Assembly (NCBI GenBank): GCA_963815095.1
Contig: CAWFFH010000003.1
Location: forward strand, 832,001 to 896,000
Source of the DNA: Candidatus Bathyarchaeota archaeon
GTDB taxonomy: Archaea; Thermoproteota; Bathyarchaeia; Bathyarchaeales; Bathycorpusculaceae
Length of the DNA: 64,000 nt
Direction: 5' to 3'
Shown here in pieces: positions 10,791-21,488 of this stretch (within the stretch, counting starts at the first letter, position 1; the number at the start of each line of letters is the position of its first letter). A program made the position numbers and the translations under genes. The notes under the pieces are model-generated. The model was not told where the DNA came from, searched no databases, and was given only the letters and a program-made list of their open reading frames with translations.

Positions 10791-12962
10791 ATGAGCGAAA
10801 TACAATTACGCGTTGGAGACGCACGGCAAAGAGATGTTGGCAGAGGAATCGCCCGTATTGACCAGCGAACCATGCAGAAACTAGGCATAAGCGCTGGAGA
10901 CGTAATTGAAATTGTGAACAAACGCACTACCTCCGCTATTGCTTGGCCAGCCTATAGCGAAGACCAAAATCGTGACATCATCCGTATCGATGGCTTCACT
11001 CGCAAAAACAGTGGAGTGGCCATAAACGAGTATGTGGTTATACGGCCTGCAAAAGTCAAAACTGCCCTTGCAATAACACTTGCACCAGTAGATATGCGCC
11101 TTAACGTGGATGAAGATTTTACTAACTTTGTTAAGAATCGCCTCATGGAACGCACCTTAGTCGAAGGTGACACAACCCTTGTTATGATGCTTGGACATGC
11201 AATCCCATTTACTGTTTCCAAAACACGTCCCCATGGAATCATAAAGGTTACCGCCGAATCCCGGCTTACAATCCTAAACGAGCCGGCGCCTGAAGGTAAA
11301 GGCTTACCCAGAACAAACTACGAAGACATCGGAGGACTCCAAGTAGAGATCCAGCGGGTACGCGAAATGGTAGAGTTGCCGCTTCGTCACCCTGAACTAT
11401 TCCAACGCTTAGGCATAGAACCTCCTAAAGGCGTGCTGTTGCATGGTCCTCCAGGATGCGGGAAAACTCTCCTTGCACGAGCAGTTGCTAACGAGTCAGA
11501 AGCCAATTTCTACTCTATCAATGGCCCTGAAATCATGAGTAAATTCTATGGAGAATCAGAAGCACGCTTACGCGAGATTTTCCAGCAAGCCCAACAAAAC
11601 GCACCAAGCATAATCTTCGTTGATGAACTCGATGCCATTGCACCAAAACGTGAAGAAGTCACTGGCGAAGTGGAAAGACGCGTTGTTGCTCAACTTCTCG
11701 CATTGATGGATGGGCTCTCTGGAAGAGGAAACGTCATAGTCATAGGCGCAACTAACAGACCAGGCGCACTTGACCCAGCCTTGCGTAGACCCGGACGGTT
11801 TGATCGAGAAATAGAAATCGGTGTTCCAGACAAGAAAGGTCGTTACGAAGTTCTCCAAATCCACACCCGTGGCATGCCGCTTGCTGAGGATGTTGACTTA
11901 CCGAAACTTTCTGCAATGACTCATGGCTACACGGGCGCTGACTTATCTGCGCTTGGCCGAGAAACCGCTATGAAAGCACTCCGAAGATACCTGCCCCAGA
12001 TTAACCTTGAAGAAGAACGCATCCCACCAGCCGTCCTCGAAAAGATGGAAGTTAGAATGGATGATTTCCTTGGTGCATTCAAAGAAGTTACTCCTACCGC
12101 AATGAGAGAAGTCTACATTGAAGTCACAACTGTCCACTGGGAAGATGCAGGAGGACTTGACGATGTAAAACAACATCTCATTGAAGCTGTTGAATGGCCA
12201 ATTAAGACGCCTGAAATATTCACTAAACTCGGGATACGCCCGCCTAAAGGCATCCTGCTATATGGTCCACCAGGTTGTGGAAAAACTTTGCTCGCACGCG
12301 CAGTGGCAACTGAAAGTGAAGCTAACTTCATATCAATTAAGGGCCCCGAAGTATTCAGCAAATGGGTTGGCGAATCAGAAAAAGCAATCCGCGAAGTCTT
12401 CCGCAAAGCCCGCATGGCAGCACCCGCCGTAGTATTCCTCGACGAAATAGACTCACTAACACCAAAACGTGGAATGGGTATGTCTGACAGTGGCGTTTCA
12501 GAACGCGTCATAAGCCAACTTCTGACAGAGATGGATGGAATAACCACCTTGCACGATATCGTAATTATCGCAGCCACTAACCGCCCTGACATGGTTGATT
12601 CCGCAGTTCTCCGTCCTGGACGCTTTGACCGTTTAATCTATGTGCCTGAACCTGATGAGAAAAGCCGTATGCAAATCCTCAAAATCTACACCAAAGGTAT
12701 GCCGATTAGCAAAGATGTGGACTTGAACCAGATTACAATTGCAACCAGGTACTATTCTGGCGCTGACATAGAATCTCTCTGCCGCGAAGCCGCAATGCAT
12801 TCACTGCGAAAGAACGTAAACTCAAGCGAAGTCACAATGAAAGATTTCCAGGATGCCCTAAAAGAGATGGGTCCATCGATTACACCTGACGTTGAGAAAT
12901 GGTACAAGAGCTTCATGCAGCAAATCCGACAAGTACAAAAGCCCGCTACTCCAGTAGCTTAG
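10791..12962 (+). CDS. cdc48: CDC48/VCP (VAT) AAA+ ATPase
   Basis: N-domain [10 protein letters not shown]; two GPPGCGKT Walker A motifs; RPGRFDR. Confidence 0.97.
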   Translation: MSEIQLRVGDARQRDVGRGIARIDQRTMQKLGISAGDVIEIVNKRTTSAIAWPAYSEDQNRDIIRIDGFTRKNSGVAINEYVVIRPAKVKTALAITLAPVDMRLNVDEDFTNFVKNRLMERTLVEGDTTLVMMLGHAIPFTVSKTRPHGIIKVTAESRLTILNEPAPEGKGLPRTNYEDIGGLQVEIQRVREMVELPLRHPELFQRLGIEPPKGVLLHGPPGCGKTLLARAVANESEANFYSINGPEIMSKFYGESEARLREIFQQAQQNAPSIIFVDELDAIAPKREEVTGEVERRVVAQLLALMDGLSGRGNVIVIGATNRPGALDPALRRPGRFDREIEIGVPDKKGRYEVLQIHTRGMPLAEDVDLPKLSAMTHGYTGADLSALGRETAMKALRRYLPQINLEEERIPPAVLEKMEVRMDDFLGAFKEVTPTAMREVYIEVTTVHWEDAGGLDDVKQHLIEAVEWPIKTPEIFTKLGIRPPKGILLYGPPGCGKTLLARAVATESEANFISIKGPEVFSKWVGESEKAIREVFRKARMAAPAVVFLDEIDSLTPKRGMGMSDSGVSERVISQLLTEMDGITTLHDIVIIAATNRPDMVDSAVLRPGRFDRLIYVPEPDEKSRMQILKIYTKGMPISKDVDLNQITIATRYYSGADIESLCREAAMHSLRKNVNSSEVTMKDFQDALKEMGPSITPDVEKWYKSFMQQIRQVQKPATPVA

Positions 12963-12973
12963 AAGGAACGCTT

Positions 12974-13210
12974 ATGCCGCAGATTAAAACTTGGAAAACA
13001 CGCCCAGCCTACTTTTTCCTCTTGGAAGTTTTAACCAAGAAAGGCGACCTGACTGACGATGATCTCTTTGACCAACTTAAAAGTGAATATGAAGATTTAG
13101 GCTTCAAAGACTTTAACGAACTTCTGCTTAAACTTGAGGTAAGCGGCAAAATTCGTACATCATCGATGTCTCGGGGCAAACGTCGAGTCGAACTAGTTCA
13201 CCCACGCTAA
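12974..13210 (+). CDS. Small winged-helix-like hypothetical protein downstream of cdc48
   Basis: ATG 11 nt after cdc48 stop; helical pattern plus LLKLEVSGKI wing. Confidence 0.65.
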   Translation: MPQIKTWKTRPAYFFLLEVLTKKGDLTDDDLFDQLKSEYEDLGFKDFNELLLKLEVSGKIRTSSMSRGKRRVELVHPR

Positions 13211-13254
13211 TTCTATACGGTGAGTTAAGAAAGAATTTTTTCTTTCTTTTTGTT

Positions 13255-13713
13255 TTATTCTATTTGTGATGTTCCTGGTTGGGTAAAGGGTTCAGTCATC
13301 CCGACGAGGAATTTGCCGAATATGTTTATGTGGGTTTCTTCTTCAGCTAAAATCTCTTCCAGAAGTCGCCTTGTAGTGTAGTCGCCTTCTTCAGCTGCCA
13401 CCTGTATTGCTTGCTTGTAGAGGTTGATAGCTTTTTCTTCGTCTTGTTCGTTTTGTTTGAGCATTTCGATGAGGCTGCCTCTGACGAAAATTGGGTCAGG
13501 TTTGATTGTTGCTACGCCGTTGAGGTAGTCTAAGCGTTCTGCTAGGCGTTCGGCGTGTTTCATTTCTGCGATGGCGGTTTTGCGGAAAACATCTTCCACT
13601 ATGGCGCCGTCTGTGCCTGTAACTTGGATGTGTTGCCACATGTATTGAATGCTTACTTGCAGTTCACGAGCTATGCCTTTGTTTAAATAATCTAAAAGTT
13701 TTTGAGAGGCCAA
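13255..13713 (-). CDS. Bacterioferritin/ferritin-like protein
   Basis: ARELQVSIQYMWQH, EMKHAERLAERL, EEETH diiron motifs; TTG start. Confidence 0.88.
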   Translation of the reverse strand: MASQKLLDYLNKGIARELQVSIQYMWQHIQVTGTDGAIVEDVFRKTAIAEMKHAERLAERLDYLNGVATIKPDPIFVRGSLIEMLKQNEQDEEKAINLYKQAIQVAAEEGDYTTRRLLEEILAEEETHINIFGKFLVGMTEPFTQPGTSQIE

Positions 13714-13823
13714 AATTATCCCTACAAAAATTAGGTCAACTCGGTATATAAATTGATTGCAGTCTAAATTGACCCCAAAATATAATAGCGTAATCGTATC
13801 AAACTCAAATGTCTGTGACACTT

Positions 13824-14285
13824 ATGAAAACGCTAATTATTTGTTTTTCTTATCATCATAAAAATACTGAGACAATCGCTTCGGTCTTCTCGAAGATTCT
13901 TGATGCAGAAATAAAAACTCCTACCGAAGTTGACTTAAATGCGCTCTCTGATTTTAATATGGTCGGGTTTGGTTCGGGAATTGCCTTTGGAAGCAACTAC
14001 GAAGTTCTGCTTGATTTAGCTGACAAGTTGCCCACAGTAATCAACAAGAAAGCGTTCATTTTCTCTACCAGCGGTCGAAAAGGGAACGGACCTAAATTCC
14101 ATAGAAAATTGCGGGAGAAACTTGAATCTAAAGGTTTTAGCATTGCTGGTGAATTTAACTGCACCGGGTTTGACACTTATGGGGCGCTCAAAATTTTTGG
14201 GGGCATACAGAAGGGGCACCCTGATGAAGAGGACTTAAAGCAAGCGGAGGTTTTCGCTCAAAGTCTCAAGGAAACAGGAAAGTAA
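13824..14285 (+). CDS. Flavodoxin family protein
   Basis: SYHHKNTETIA, GFGSGI, AFIFSTSG, EFNCTGFD. Confidence 0.85.
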   Translation: MKTLIICFSYHHKNTETIASVFSKILDAEIKTPTEVDLNALSDFNMVGFGSGIAFGSNYEVLLDLADKLPTVINKKAFIFSTSGRKGNGPKFHRKLREKLESKGFSIAGEFNCTGFDTYGALKIFGGIQKGHPDEEDLKQAEVFAQSLKETGK

Positions 14286-14308
14286 CGTCTTATCAAGCTG
14301 GAAGTTAA

Positions 14309-14866
14309 ATGAAAACTTTGATTATTTATGGCACCAGATATGGCGCTACGGAAGGTACCGCAAAGGAAATTGCAAAGGTGCTCGAGGAAGAAAAATTCGA
14401 TGTCAAAGTAGTTAACGTTAAAGAAGAAAAAATCAACGACATCTCTTCTTATGAACTCATCATAGCCGGAACAGGGCTACAGATGGCAAGGTGGGTTGGC
14501 GAAGTCGAGGATTTCCTCAAAAAACACCAAAAAGAATTGGCTCAGAAAAAAGTAGCGCTTTTTTTGTCAACTATGAAAACCGTCAGCGAACGGGAGGGTA
14601 AACTTGAAGATTTAGCGAAAGCTAAAAAGATGGAGCTCGACAGCAAACTCGGCAAATACAATTTCGAATTTCTAAGCATCGGGTTCTTTGGCGGTGTGTT
14701 AAATTTTAATAAAATGAATATAATCTCTCGGAAAGCTTTTGGCTCTTTGAGGGCAAGGCTGGAAAAGGATGGGTTTAAAGAAATTGAGCCGGGCTTGTTT
14801 GAGTTGCGTGATTGGGAAGAAATCCGCGGTTGGGCTAAAGAATTAGCAATTAAGTCACGGCAGTAG
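14309..14866 (+). CDS. Flavodoxin-domain protein (HemG-like fold)
   Basis: IYGTRYGATEGTA, FFGG, RDWEEIRGWA. Confidence 0.85.
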   Translation: MKTLIIYGTRYGATEGTAKEIAKVLEEEKFDVKVVNVKEEKINDISSYELIIAGTGLQMARWVGEVEDFLKKHQKELAQKKVALFLSTMKTVSEREGKLEDLAKAKKMELDSKLGKYNFEFLSIGFFGGVLNFNKMNIISRKAFGSLRARLEKDGFKEIEPGLFELRDWEEIRGWAKELAIKSRQ

Positions 14867-15547
14867 GGCTGGATTTTCTGGTTGTTGAGTACTTTTTGTT
14901 TCTTCAGGCTTGCCCTTTTTGCCTCTAATTATGGGGATGACAAATTCAAGAACTACAAGCAACAGTATTAGCCCAACTATCACTGGCAAGCCCCATGAGT
15001 TGTTCCTTAAAAACAAGGTTACCCATCCAAACCATGGAATGCGCATAACTACTTTGCCTATCACGAGGTTTTGGGGAACGCCTTGTCCGCCGCTCCAAAG
15101 GGTGTTGGAGTCGTATTGGAGTGATGAGACAGGTGTTGGCCATTGGTCACCGTTGCCATCTCCTTTTGTTTGAAAGTACAATGTGCCGTTGATTCTGTTT
15201 ACGGCAACTATACGGTGAACGATTGGCGTGGATGTTGGGTTGGTTGGGTTTTCATAAACGATGATATCGCTGTTGGGGTAATTTGTGTTAAGGTCAGCTG
15301 GGTTTACTTCTTGAATGACTATAATATCGCCTATATGTAAGGTCTGGGCAAAGGGATGGCTCCAGCCATTGCAAGCGCCGTCATAAGGAACACACATACT
15401 GCCGCTTTCAACAACCCTTACTGGAACACCCGTTCCGAGAACTAGTTGTAAACCAAAAAATAATCCTAGAACTATAGCTACAATTACGGCGATAACGATT
15501 GCTGACTTGAAATATTCGTTTCGACGAATTTTTGTAGCAATGCTCAA
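14855..15547 (-). CDS. sec11: Signal peptidase I (archaeal S26B/Sec11 type), paralog 1
   Basis: VVESGSM, GD, IVHRIV, TKGDGN, GKV..RIPW.G. Confidence 0.88.
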   Translation of the reverse strand: MSIATKIRRNEYFKSAIVIAVIVAIVLGLFFGLQLVLGTGVPVRVVESGSMCVPYDGACNGWSHPFAQTLHIGDIIVIQEVNPADLNTNYPNSDIIVYENPTNPTSTPIVHRIVAVNRINGTLYFQTKGDGNGDQWPTPVSSLQYDSNTLWSGGQGVPQNLVIGKVVMRIPWFGWVTLFLRNNSWGLPVIVGLILLLVVLEFVIPIIRGKKGKPEETKSTQQPENPALLP

Positions 15548-15680
15548 TGTCTTGCCTTCAGCAGTTAACTCCTAAACGAAATAGAAACACCATTAATAAA
15601 GTAATTTCTTTCTTCGATTTATCAAATTAGAATTGTTTCGGCAAGCGTTGGAGCAATAGCATTGCATACTTTTTAATTGT

Positions 15681-16379
15681 TCAAGATTTTTGTTTAGTCT
15701 CTTGTTGTGGTGTCTTTTTTCTTCTGAACACTGGAATAACGAACTCTACAACTATCAACAAGAGTATGATCGCAATAATTATTGGGAGCCCCAATGAGTT
15801 ATCTCTTAAAAGTAAGGTGATCCAGCCCAACCATGGAATACGTAAAATTACTTTTCCTTCTACAAGATTTTGGGGAACGCCTTGTCCATGCCCATTGTAG
15901 ACGGTGTTTGAATCGTAAATTGTAGCTGGTGGTATTAGGGGCCATTGTTGTTCGTTTCCATCTCCTTTTGTTTGGAAGTACAGAGTGCCGTTGATCTTGT
16001 TCACAGCGACTATACGGTGAACGATGGGTGTATCAGAGGGGTTAGTAGGGTTCCGATAGACTATGATGTCGCTGTTTGGATAATTTGTATTCAAGTCTTT
16101 CGCGTTAACTTTTTGAATAATTATTAAATCGCCTGTGTCGAGGGTTCGGTCAAAGGGATGCTCTAAGGTTTGTAAGAAATTATTCAAAGAGTAGGGCGGT
16201 CCAGTTATGAAATTGAGTGGAAGACTCATACTACCGCTTTCCACAACCCTAATTGGAACTGAGGTGCCAAGAACCAGTTGTAAACCAAAGAAAAGTCCTA
16301 AAATTACTGCAATAATTATTCCGATAACAACTACTGAGGTGAAGTATTTGTTTTGTCGAATTGTCTTGACTATGCTCAA
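15681..16379 (-). CDS. sec11: Signal peptidase I (archaeal S26B/Sec11 type), paralog 2
   Basis: Same motifs; tandem paralog of 14855..15547. Confidence 0.88.
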   Translation of the reverse strand: MSIVKTIRQNKYFTSVVVIGIIIAVILGLFFGLQLVLGTSVPIRVVESGSMSLPLNFITGPPYSLNNFLQTLEHPFDRTLDTGDLIIIQKVNAKDLNTNYPNSDIIVYRNPTNPSDTPIVHRIVAVNKINGTLYFQTKGDGNEQQWPLIPPATIYDSNTVYNGHGQGVPQNLVEGKVILRIPWLGWITLLLRDNSLGLPIIIAIILLLIVVEFVIPVFRRKKTPQQETKQKS

Positions 16380-16499
16380 TATTCTGCCTTCGACTGTTGG
16401 TTCTGAGAGGAAAAGAATGCACCATTAATAAACCACGTTCTTTTTTTGAAATAGCAAACAAAAAATAGTTCTAAGCTAGCTTTCTTTTGGGTTTATGGC

Positions 16500-17693
16500 G
16501 TGTTTAAGAGTAAATGGACACAAAGAGCCTTCTTCTTTGTAATATGCGCCATAGGCTTTTTTGCAATTTTTAGTTCAACTATGTCAAAGAACCCAGTTCT
16601 CAAACCCTTCGCAAGCAGCCTTGGTACCCCCAGCGACCTGTTGGGCATAGTCGCTTCCGCCTCAACTATCCCCGGTATCCTCATCAGTTTACCTGCCGCT
16701 TCGCTCTCCAACGTCTTTGGAAGACGCAAGGTTCTGTTGTTTGCCGCTTTTGTTTTTGCTTCGGCGCCTTTTCTTTATTTAGGGGTAAATTCGTGGTGGA
16801 CATTGGCGCTTGTGCGTTTCTATCATGGATTTGCAACTGCAATTTTTATGCCTGTGGCTGAAGCTACAATCGCAACGTTGTTTCCGACTAAGCGGGGCGA
16901 ACGTATGTCACTTTTTAATTCCGCAACTGCCGTAGGCAGAGCCATGGCACCGTTCATAGGTGGTTCCATTCTTTTTGCAACCAACCAGAGCTTCTTTACT
17001 CTTTACGTTGCCGTTGGAATTGCCGGAGTTACAGCTTTTGTTATTGCCCTGCTTTTCTTGGTTGAGAAAAGGGCGGGTGTAACCGAGGTGCCTTTGGAAA
17101 AGTCGCCAAGAAAAATGTTCAGCGGATGGCTATCTATACTAAAAAATACCAGTGTTTTAGGTGTCAGCTTTGTTCAAGCAATTCAATACTATGTTTTTGG
17201 AACGGTTGATTTCTTTTTGGTTGGATACTTAACTGACGTTGTTGGCTTGAACATTTTCTTGATAGGGGTCATAACAGGCAGTGAGATTATTGCGCTGATT
17301 GTTGTTAGACCTTTAATTGGCAGGATATCTGACAGAACCGGAAGAACAAAACCAATCATAATTGGCATCGTCGCCAGCTGCTTAATTGTTGCAGCAATAC
17401 CATTCACAACCCAATTTCCGCTTTTACTTTTGTTAGCGATTGGTTATGGGGCATCTTTTGCCACGGTTCTATCCTCCACTTCGCCCTTAGTGTGCGACTT
17501 AGTGCCTGCATTGCTGGTGGCTTCTTCAGTGGGGTTCATTTCAACCATGATGGATATTGGGCAAACTCTGGGACCAATAGCTAGCGGTGTAATCTTTGCA
17601 TCTTCACTTGGGTATTCGGGAATGTTTCTTTCTCTTAGTTTTCTGTTGATAATTTCAATAGTAATTTTTGTGTTGTCCACGAAGAAAAGATGA
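16500..17693 (+). CDS. MFS transporter
   Basis: About 12 TM helices; SNVFGRRK and GRISDRTGR motif A. Confidence 0.9.
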   Translation: MFKSKWTQRAFFFVICAIGFFAIFSSTMSKNPVLKPFASSLGTPSDLLGIVASASTIPGILISLPAASLSNVFGRRKVLLFAAFVFASAPFLYLGVNSWWTLALVRFYHGFATAIFMPVAEATIATLFPTKRGERMSLFNSATAVGRAMAPFIGGSILFATNQSFFTLYVAVGIAGVTAFVIALLFLVEKRAGVTEVPLEKSPRKMFSGWLSILKNTSVLGVSFVQAIQYYVFGTVDFFLVGYLTDVVGLNIFLIGVITGSEIIALIVVRPLIGRISDRTGRTKPIIIGIVASCLIVAAIPFTTQFPLLLLLAIGYGASFATVLSSTSPLVCDLVPALLVASSVGFISTMMDIGQTLGPIASGVIFASSLGYSGMFLSLSFLLIISIVIFVLSTKKR

Positions 17694-17698
17694 TTTTT

Positions 17699-18364
17699 TT
17701 AGAATTGTTTTCTTTCAAACAGAGTTATGGCCACTGTGAGGAGTGCGATTGTGACTGCGGCTGCTAAACCTACGGTGAATAAGTTTGCGTTAGGTAAGTT
17801 CAGCAGGGTTGGAATTAGGGGAATGACGGATGTTTGGTTTCCTCCGTAAATGACCAATATGGCTCCGACAAGAACTGTCGGAGAGGCCACGCCGATGAGT
17901 ACGCCTGCTGAGCATGCGACTGCAACCATTGACAGGCTTATGGCTAAAGATTGAGCGGTGTCGTTGAGGACTGTGGCTGGAAATGCGCCCGCTGTAAAGA
18001 AGTCGGCCATTAAACCCGCGAGAATTGCTATAAAACTTGCAATCGCGACACAGGTGTACACTGAAAAGAATTTTGCAAGCATCAAATCTCTGCGTTTTAG
18101 TGGTCTTATTACGAATAATTCGTAAACGTGTCGGTTTTTTTCGTTAATTATTGAGACTGCAAGCATTACTGCGGCTAAGGTTCCGGCAAGGCTGGAAACT
18201 ACTAATGAAGAGATAACTGTGAAAGATATTGCCTGTCCTGTGGTGCTGACTTGGATAAAGCGGAACAATAGTGCGATGACTGGTAGGCCTATCCAGAGGA
18301 AGAGCATTACTTTGGATTTGTAGAAGCCCCTTAATTCGTCAACGTAGAGTAGTTGTAGCTTCAT
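17699..18364 (-). CDS. ABC-2 type transporter permease
   Basis: Multi-TM; EKNR..RPLKRRDLMLAKF; 4-nt overlap with ATPase gene. Confidence 0.8.
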   Translation of the reverse strand: MKLQLLYVDELRGFYKSKVMLFLWIGLPVIALLFRFIQVSTTGQAISFTVISSLVVSSLAGTLAAVMLAVSIINEKNRHVYELFVIRPLKRRDLMLAKFFSVYTCVAIASFIAILAGLMADFFTAGAFPATVLNDTAQSLAISLSMVAVACSAGVLIGVASPTVLVGAILVIYGGNQTSVIPLIPTLLNLPNANLFTVGLAAAVTIALLTVAITLFERKQF

Positions 18365-19329
18365 GCTGTTTCCCCCTTTTGGATATAGTTCAGGTAAATT
18401 TCATCTAGCGAAGGCGATAGCAACGTTACGCCGAGGATGCGAATGCCAAGTTTGGTTATGGTTTGCACGAGGTCGTTGATTACTTGGTCTTCGTCTGCTC
18501 CTGTCTGAAGATAGATTAAGATTCTGCCGGGTGAGGTCTGCTCGACTTTGCTTACATTCGCAATTGAGCTGAATTGTTGCCATTTGTCGGTGACGTATGA
18601 GAGGAGTACTTCGACTATTTTTTGGTTAGACAGTTGGGATTTGAGTTCATTCATGGAGCCGACCATTTTGATTTTTCCGCGGCTTAGGATTCCAATTCGG
18701 TCTGCTACGTCTTGGACGTCGCTTAGGATATGTGATGAAAACAGAATTGTGGTGCCGTTCTTTGCGAGTTTTAGAACAATTTCTTTGAATTGGTGGCGGC
18801 TCAACGGGTCCAATCCGCCTAAGGGTTCATCCATAACCAAAAGTTTGGGATCATGCAAAAGCGCCTGCGCTAACCCAACCTTCTGTGCCATGCCGCCGGA
18901 GAGCTGAGAAATCTTTTTGTGACGCACATCACTAAGAGACATCAACTCCAAAATTTTGGGTATGCGTTCCTCCACTTCCATTTCGGTGAGCCCTGAAAGT
19001 TTCCCAAACGTCTTAAGTGCATGGTCAACGGTGCGCCACTCTTGGAAAGCCACGTTTTGGGGCAGGTATCCCAGTAATTTATGTGCCTCAAATTTCTGTT
19101 TTGGCAAGCTGTAACCGCCTATGAGGACTTCTCCCTGAAAATCGTTAATTAATCCAACCAGAATTTTGAGGGTAGTGGTTTTTCCTGCCCCGTTGGGACC
19201 AATGTACCCAAAGATTTCTCCTTCTTTAATTTCAAAAGACACGTTGTCTAGGGCGCGGAATTGGTTGTAGTTTTTGGTTACCTCGCGAAGTACAACGCAT
19301 GCATTTTGGTTGGGGGAATAGTTAGCCAT
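18361..19329 (-). CDS. ABC transporter ATP-binding protein
   Basis: GPNGAGKTT, LSGGM, VMDEP, SSH. Confidence 0.95.
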   Translation of the reverse strand: MANYSPNQNACVVLREVTKNYNQFRALDNVSFEIKEGEIFGYIGPNGAGKTTTLKILVGLINDFQGEVLIGGYSLPKQKFEAHKLLGYLPQNVAFQEWRTVDHALKTFGKLSGLTEMEVEERIPKILELMSLSDVRHKKISQLSGGMAQKVGLAQALLHDPKLLVMDEPLGGLDPLSRHQFKEIVLKLAKNGTTILFSSHILSDVQDVADRIGILSRGKIKMVGSMNELKSQLSNQKIVEVLLSYVTDKWQQFSSIANVSKVEQTSPGRILIYLQTGADEDQVINDLVQTITKLGIRILGVTLLSPSLDEIYLNYIQKGETA

Positions 19330-19429
19330 TTTTTAACCTGTTCCATTTATTCTGTGACTTGTCTTTTTATGTTATTCGAATCATTTTAAGAAAAAACATC
19401 CAAGCGAAGTAGGATAATCAAATGTGCCT

Positions 19430-20791
19430 CTAATTTGGTGAATCGACCCAGCCAAAACTTTTCTTAACCGCCCAAACAATGAAAGGAAACACCAAGCTGA
19501 GTGCTATCAAAACAAAGGCTGAAGTATGAAACAGTTGAAAGTAATTATTCATCGGTCCAGAGAAAACGTTAAACCCATAATATGTGACGGAGTCCACGCC
19601 GAAAGCCACAAACCCAACCCACTTATCCAGAAAAGTGATGCTTTCGATTAAAGAAGCAAACAGTAAAACTAACCCAATTCCAATGAGAATTGGCTTAATC
19701 CAATGAACTCTCTTTTTCCAATTTGCTGAAGCAATCAGTAAGGTGCCTTTATCTGCCAAAGACGCAGCCAGCAAACAGTAAAACGGCAAAGCCAGATAAT
19801 TGTACTTAAAAGCGCTAACGTAGGGAACTGTTAAATGAGAACCAAACACCAAAAACAAATCCAGCACAGCAACCGCTACTATAGTTCCAACACAGAGAGC
19901 ATCCAACCAAACAATTTTTGCCAAAACTTTCCTATAGAGACGTGATAATACCAAAGAGAAAAGTCCCGCGGCAAACAGAAACCACCCGGCACTCTTAACC
20001 AGGGTGATGGGCAAAAACAACAGCGAAGGATTAGACACCAACACTGGATGGGTTATGTCGCTTGCTAAGTAGACTCCGAAGAAGTTTTGGTTGGCAAACC
20101 CTCCAAACCAAACCGCCTGCAACACAAAAGAGGGTGCAAGAAAAATCAGCACTTTAGGCAATGTTAGTTTGAATTGGTACTCTTTTCTTTGCAGAAGAAT
20201 CATTAACAAAAGGGGAACGAGCATAAAGACAGCAAAGAGTTTGGTCATTAATGCGACGGCAAAAAAGACCCCTGATAGCGCCAGTAGCTTTTGGGAATTT
20301 TTGCGAACAGCAAAAACCCCTGCAATCAAGAATAGCAGGCTGAAGAACAGGCTTTGGTTGTCTATGAGGAAGATTCTTGACATGTAAAGGTGCCAGGGAA
20401 CGATGCCGAAGAGTGCAGCAGCCACCAACCCTGTTCGTTTTCCGTATAGCAAGGTGCCTAAAGCATAGACGAGCAAGACGCAGCCAAGTCCAAAGGCAGT
20501 AACCACATCTACCCCGTTAAGGTAGGATAACCCGAATGCCTGGAAGACAGGTGCATCCATGTAGAAGCCCAAGGGCGGCTGATTAATCATAAGCCCAGTG
20601 GTCACATAAGGAAACCCACTCGATATTACACTTGACGCGGCTTGAAACTCAAGCTGCGCATCCCAATTGGTGTAAGTGCCCGTTGAAACTGACACGAGGA
20701 AGGCGCCAAGTAAAACTCCAATTAGTTGGTAGTGTGCATCCAAATGGGATCTAAAATTTCTTGTTTTCACTTTGCCTTCCTGCAGTAGCAT
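19430..20791 (-). CDS. GT-C (PMT/GT39-like) membrane glycosyltransferase
   Basis: NWDA, NQPPLG, LYGKRTGLVAA, ALMTK; multi-TM; start uncertain. Confidence 0.8.
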   Translation of the reverse strand: MLLQEGKVKTRNFRSHLDAHYQLIGVLLGAFLVSVSTGTYTNWDAQLEFQAASSVISSGFPYVTTGLMINQPPLGFYMDAPVFQAFGLSYLNGVDVVTAFGLGCVLLVYALGTLLYGKRTGLVAAALFGIVPWHLYMSRIFLIDNQSLFFSLLFLIAGVFAVRKNSQKLLALSGVFFAVALMTKLFAVFMLVPLLLMILLQRKEYQFKLTLPKVLIFLAPSFVLQAVWFGGFANQNFFGVYLASDITHPVLVSNPSLLFLPITLVKSAGWFLFAAGLFSLVLSRLYRKVLAKIVWLDALCVGTIVAVAVLDLFLVFGSHLTVPYVSAFKYNYLALPFYCLLAASLADKGTLLIASANWKKRVHWIKPILIGIGLVLLFASLIESITFLDKWVGFVAFGVDSVTYYGFNVFSGPMNNYFQLFHTSAFVLIALSLVFPFIVWAVKKSFGWVDSPN

Positions 20792-20969
20792 ACTTGGTGT
20801 TTACTGTTTTAAAATTTCGCAATCAAACCCTGATTATCTCGTTGGGATCTGTATTTTTGGTTTGGGAAATTTGGGGTTTGTGGTAAGTTTTAAAAAGGTT
20901 TCGTGGTTTAGTAAGAATTACTATTTGAGGTGGATAAGTTGTGGCGATGTTTGGCTGGAGGGTTTACCT

Positions 20970-21488
20970 TTGAGGGGAAAGGCATGGTCGATTGATGAAG
21001 AGCGGCTATTACGACAACTCGTTGAAGAAGGAAGGGATATCGATGGAATTTCCCAAGTTATGGGTATAACGCGAATTTCCATAAAGGGTAAAATTAGCAA
21101 TTTAGGATTAAAACTGATTGTTGCAACTGGTCTGCAGAATTCAGTTGCAGCAGCAGCAACAACTTCTCCGGTTCCAACCTTCGATTCCGCTGGGGTTGTT
21201 GATCCAGCTTCAGTCGTCCATTCTGTTATAGTCGAGAAGGTTGAAGCGGAATTGAAGATAAAAAGACCCTTACCCAGCATCGAGGAGAAAATGCGGGAAG
21301 TGGATGATGCTTCAAGAGCGTTACATCAAAAGGGTCTTAATCCAACAGAGATTAAACGATTAAGTAAGATCATCGACGCTGCGAAAGTGTACAACCAACT
21401 CTTTGAAAAGTATGCACACTACCGCGACTTAGAAAATGAACTCATCGAGTTGAGGCGCCAGCTTGCGACAGAAAGATCCAAAAAGTAA
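20970..21488 (+). CDS. Myb/GcrA-like HTH protein with coiled-coil C-terminus; putative terminase small subunit-like partner
   Basis: GKAWSIDEERLLRQLVEEG..ISQVMG..IKGKISNLGL; overlaps terminase gene; TTG start after GGAGGG. Confidence 0.6.
   Translation: MRGKAWSIDEERLLRQLVEEGRDIDGISQVMGITRISIKGKISNLGLKLIVATGLQNSVAAAATTSPVPTFDSAGVVDPASVVHSVIVEKVEAELKIKRPLPSIEEKMREVDDASRALHQKGLNPTEIKRLSKIIDAAKVYNQLFEKYAHYRDLENELIELRRQLATERSKK

Noticed and set aside
7806-12592. Long antisense or alternate-frame ORFs within the M42 peptidase, mtd and cdc48 genes
   Set aside because: Shadow ORFs of well-supported genes with no motifs of their own
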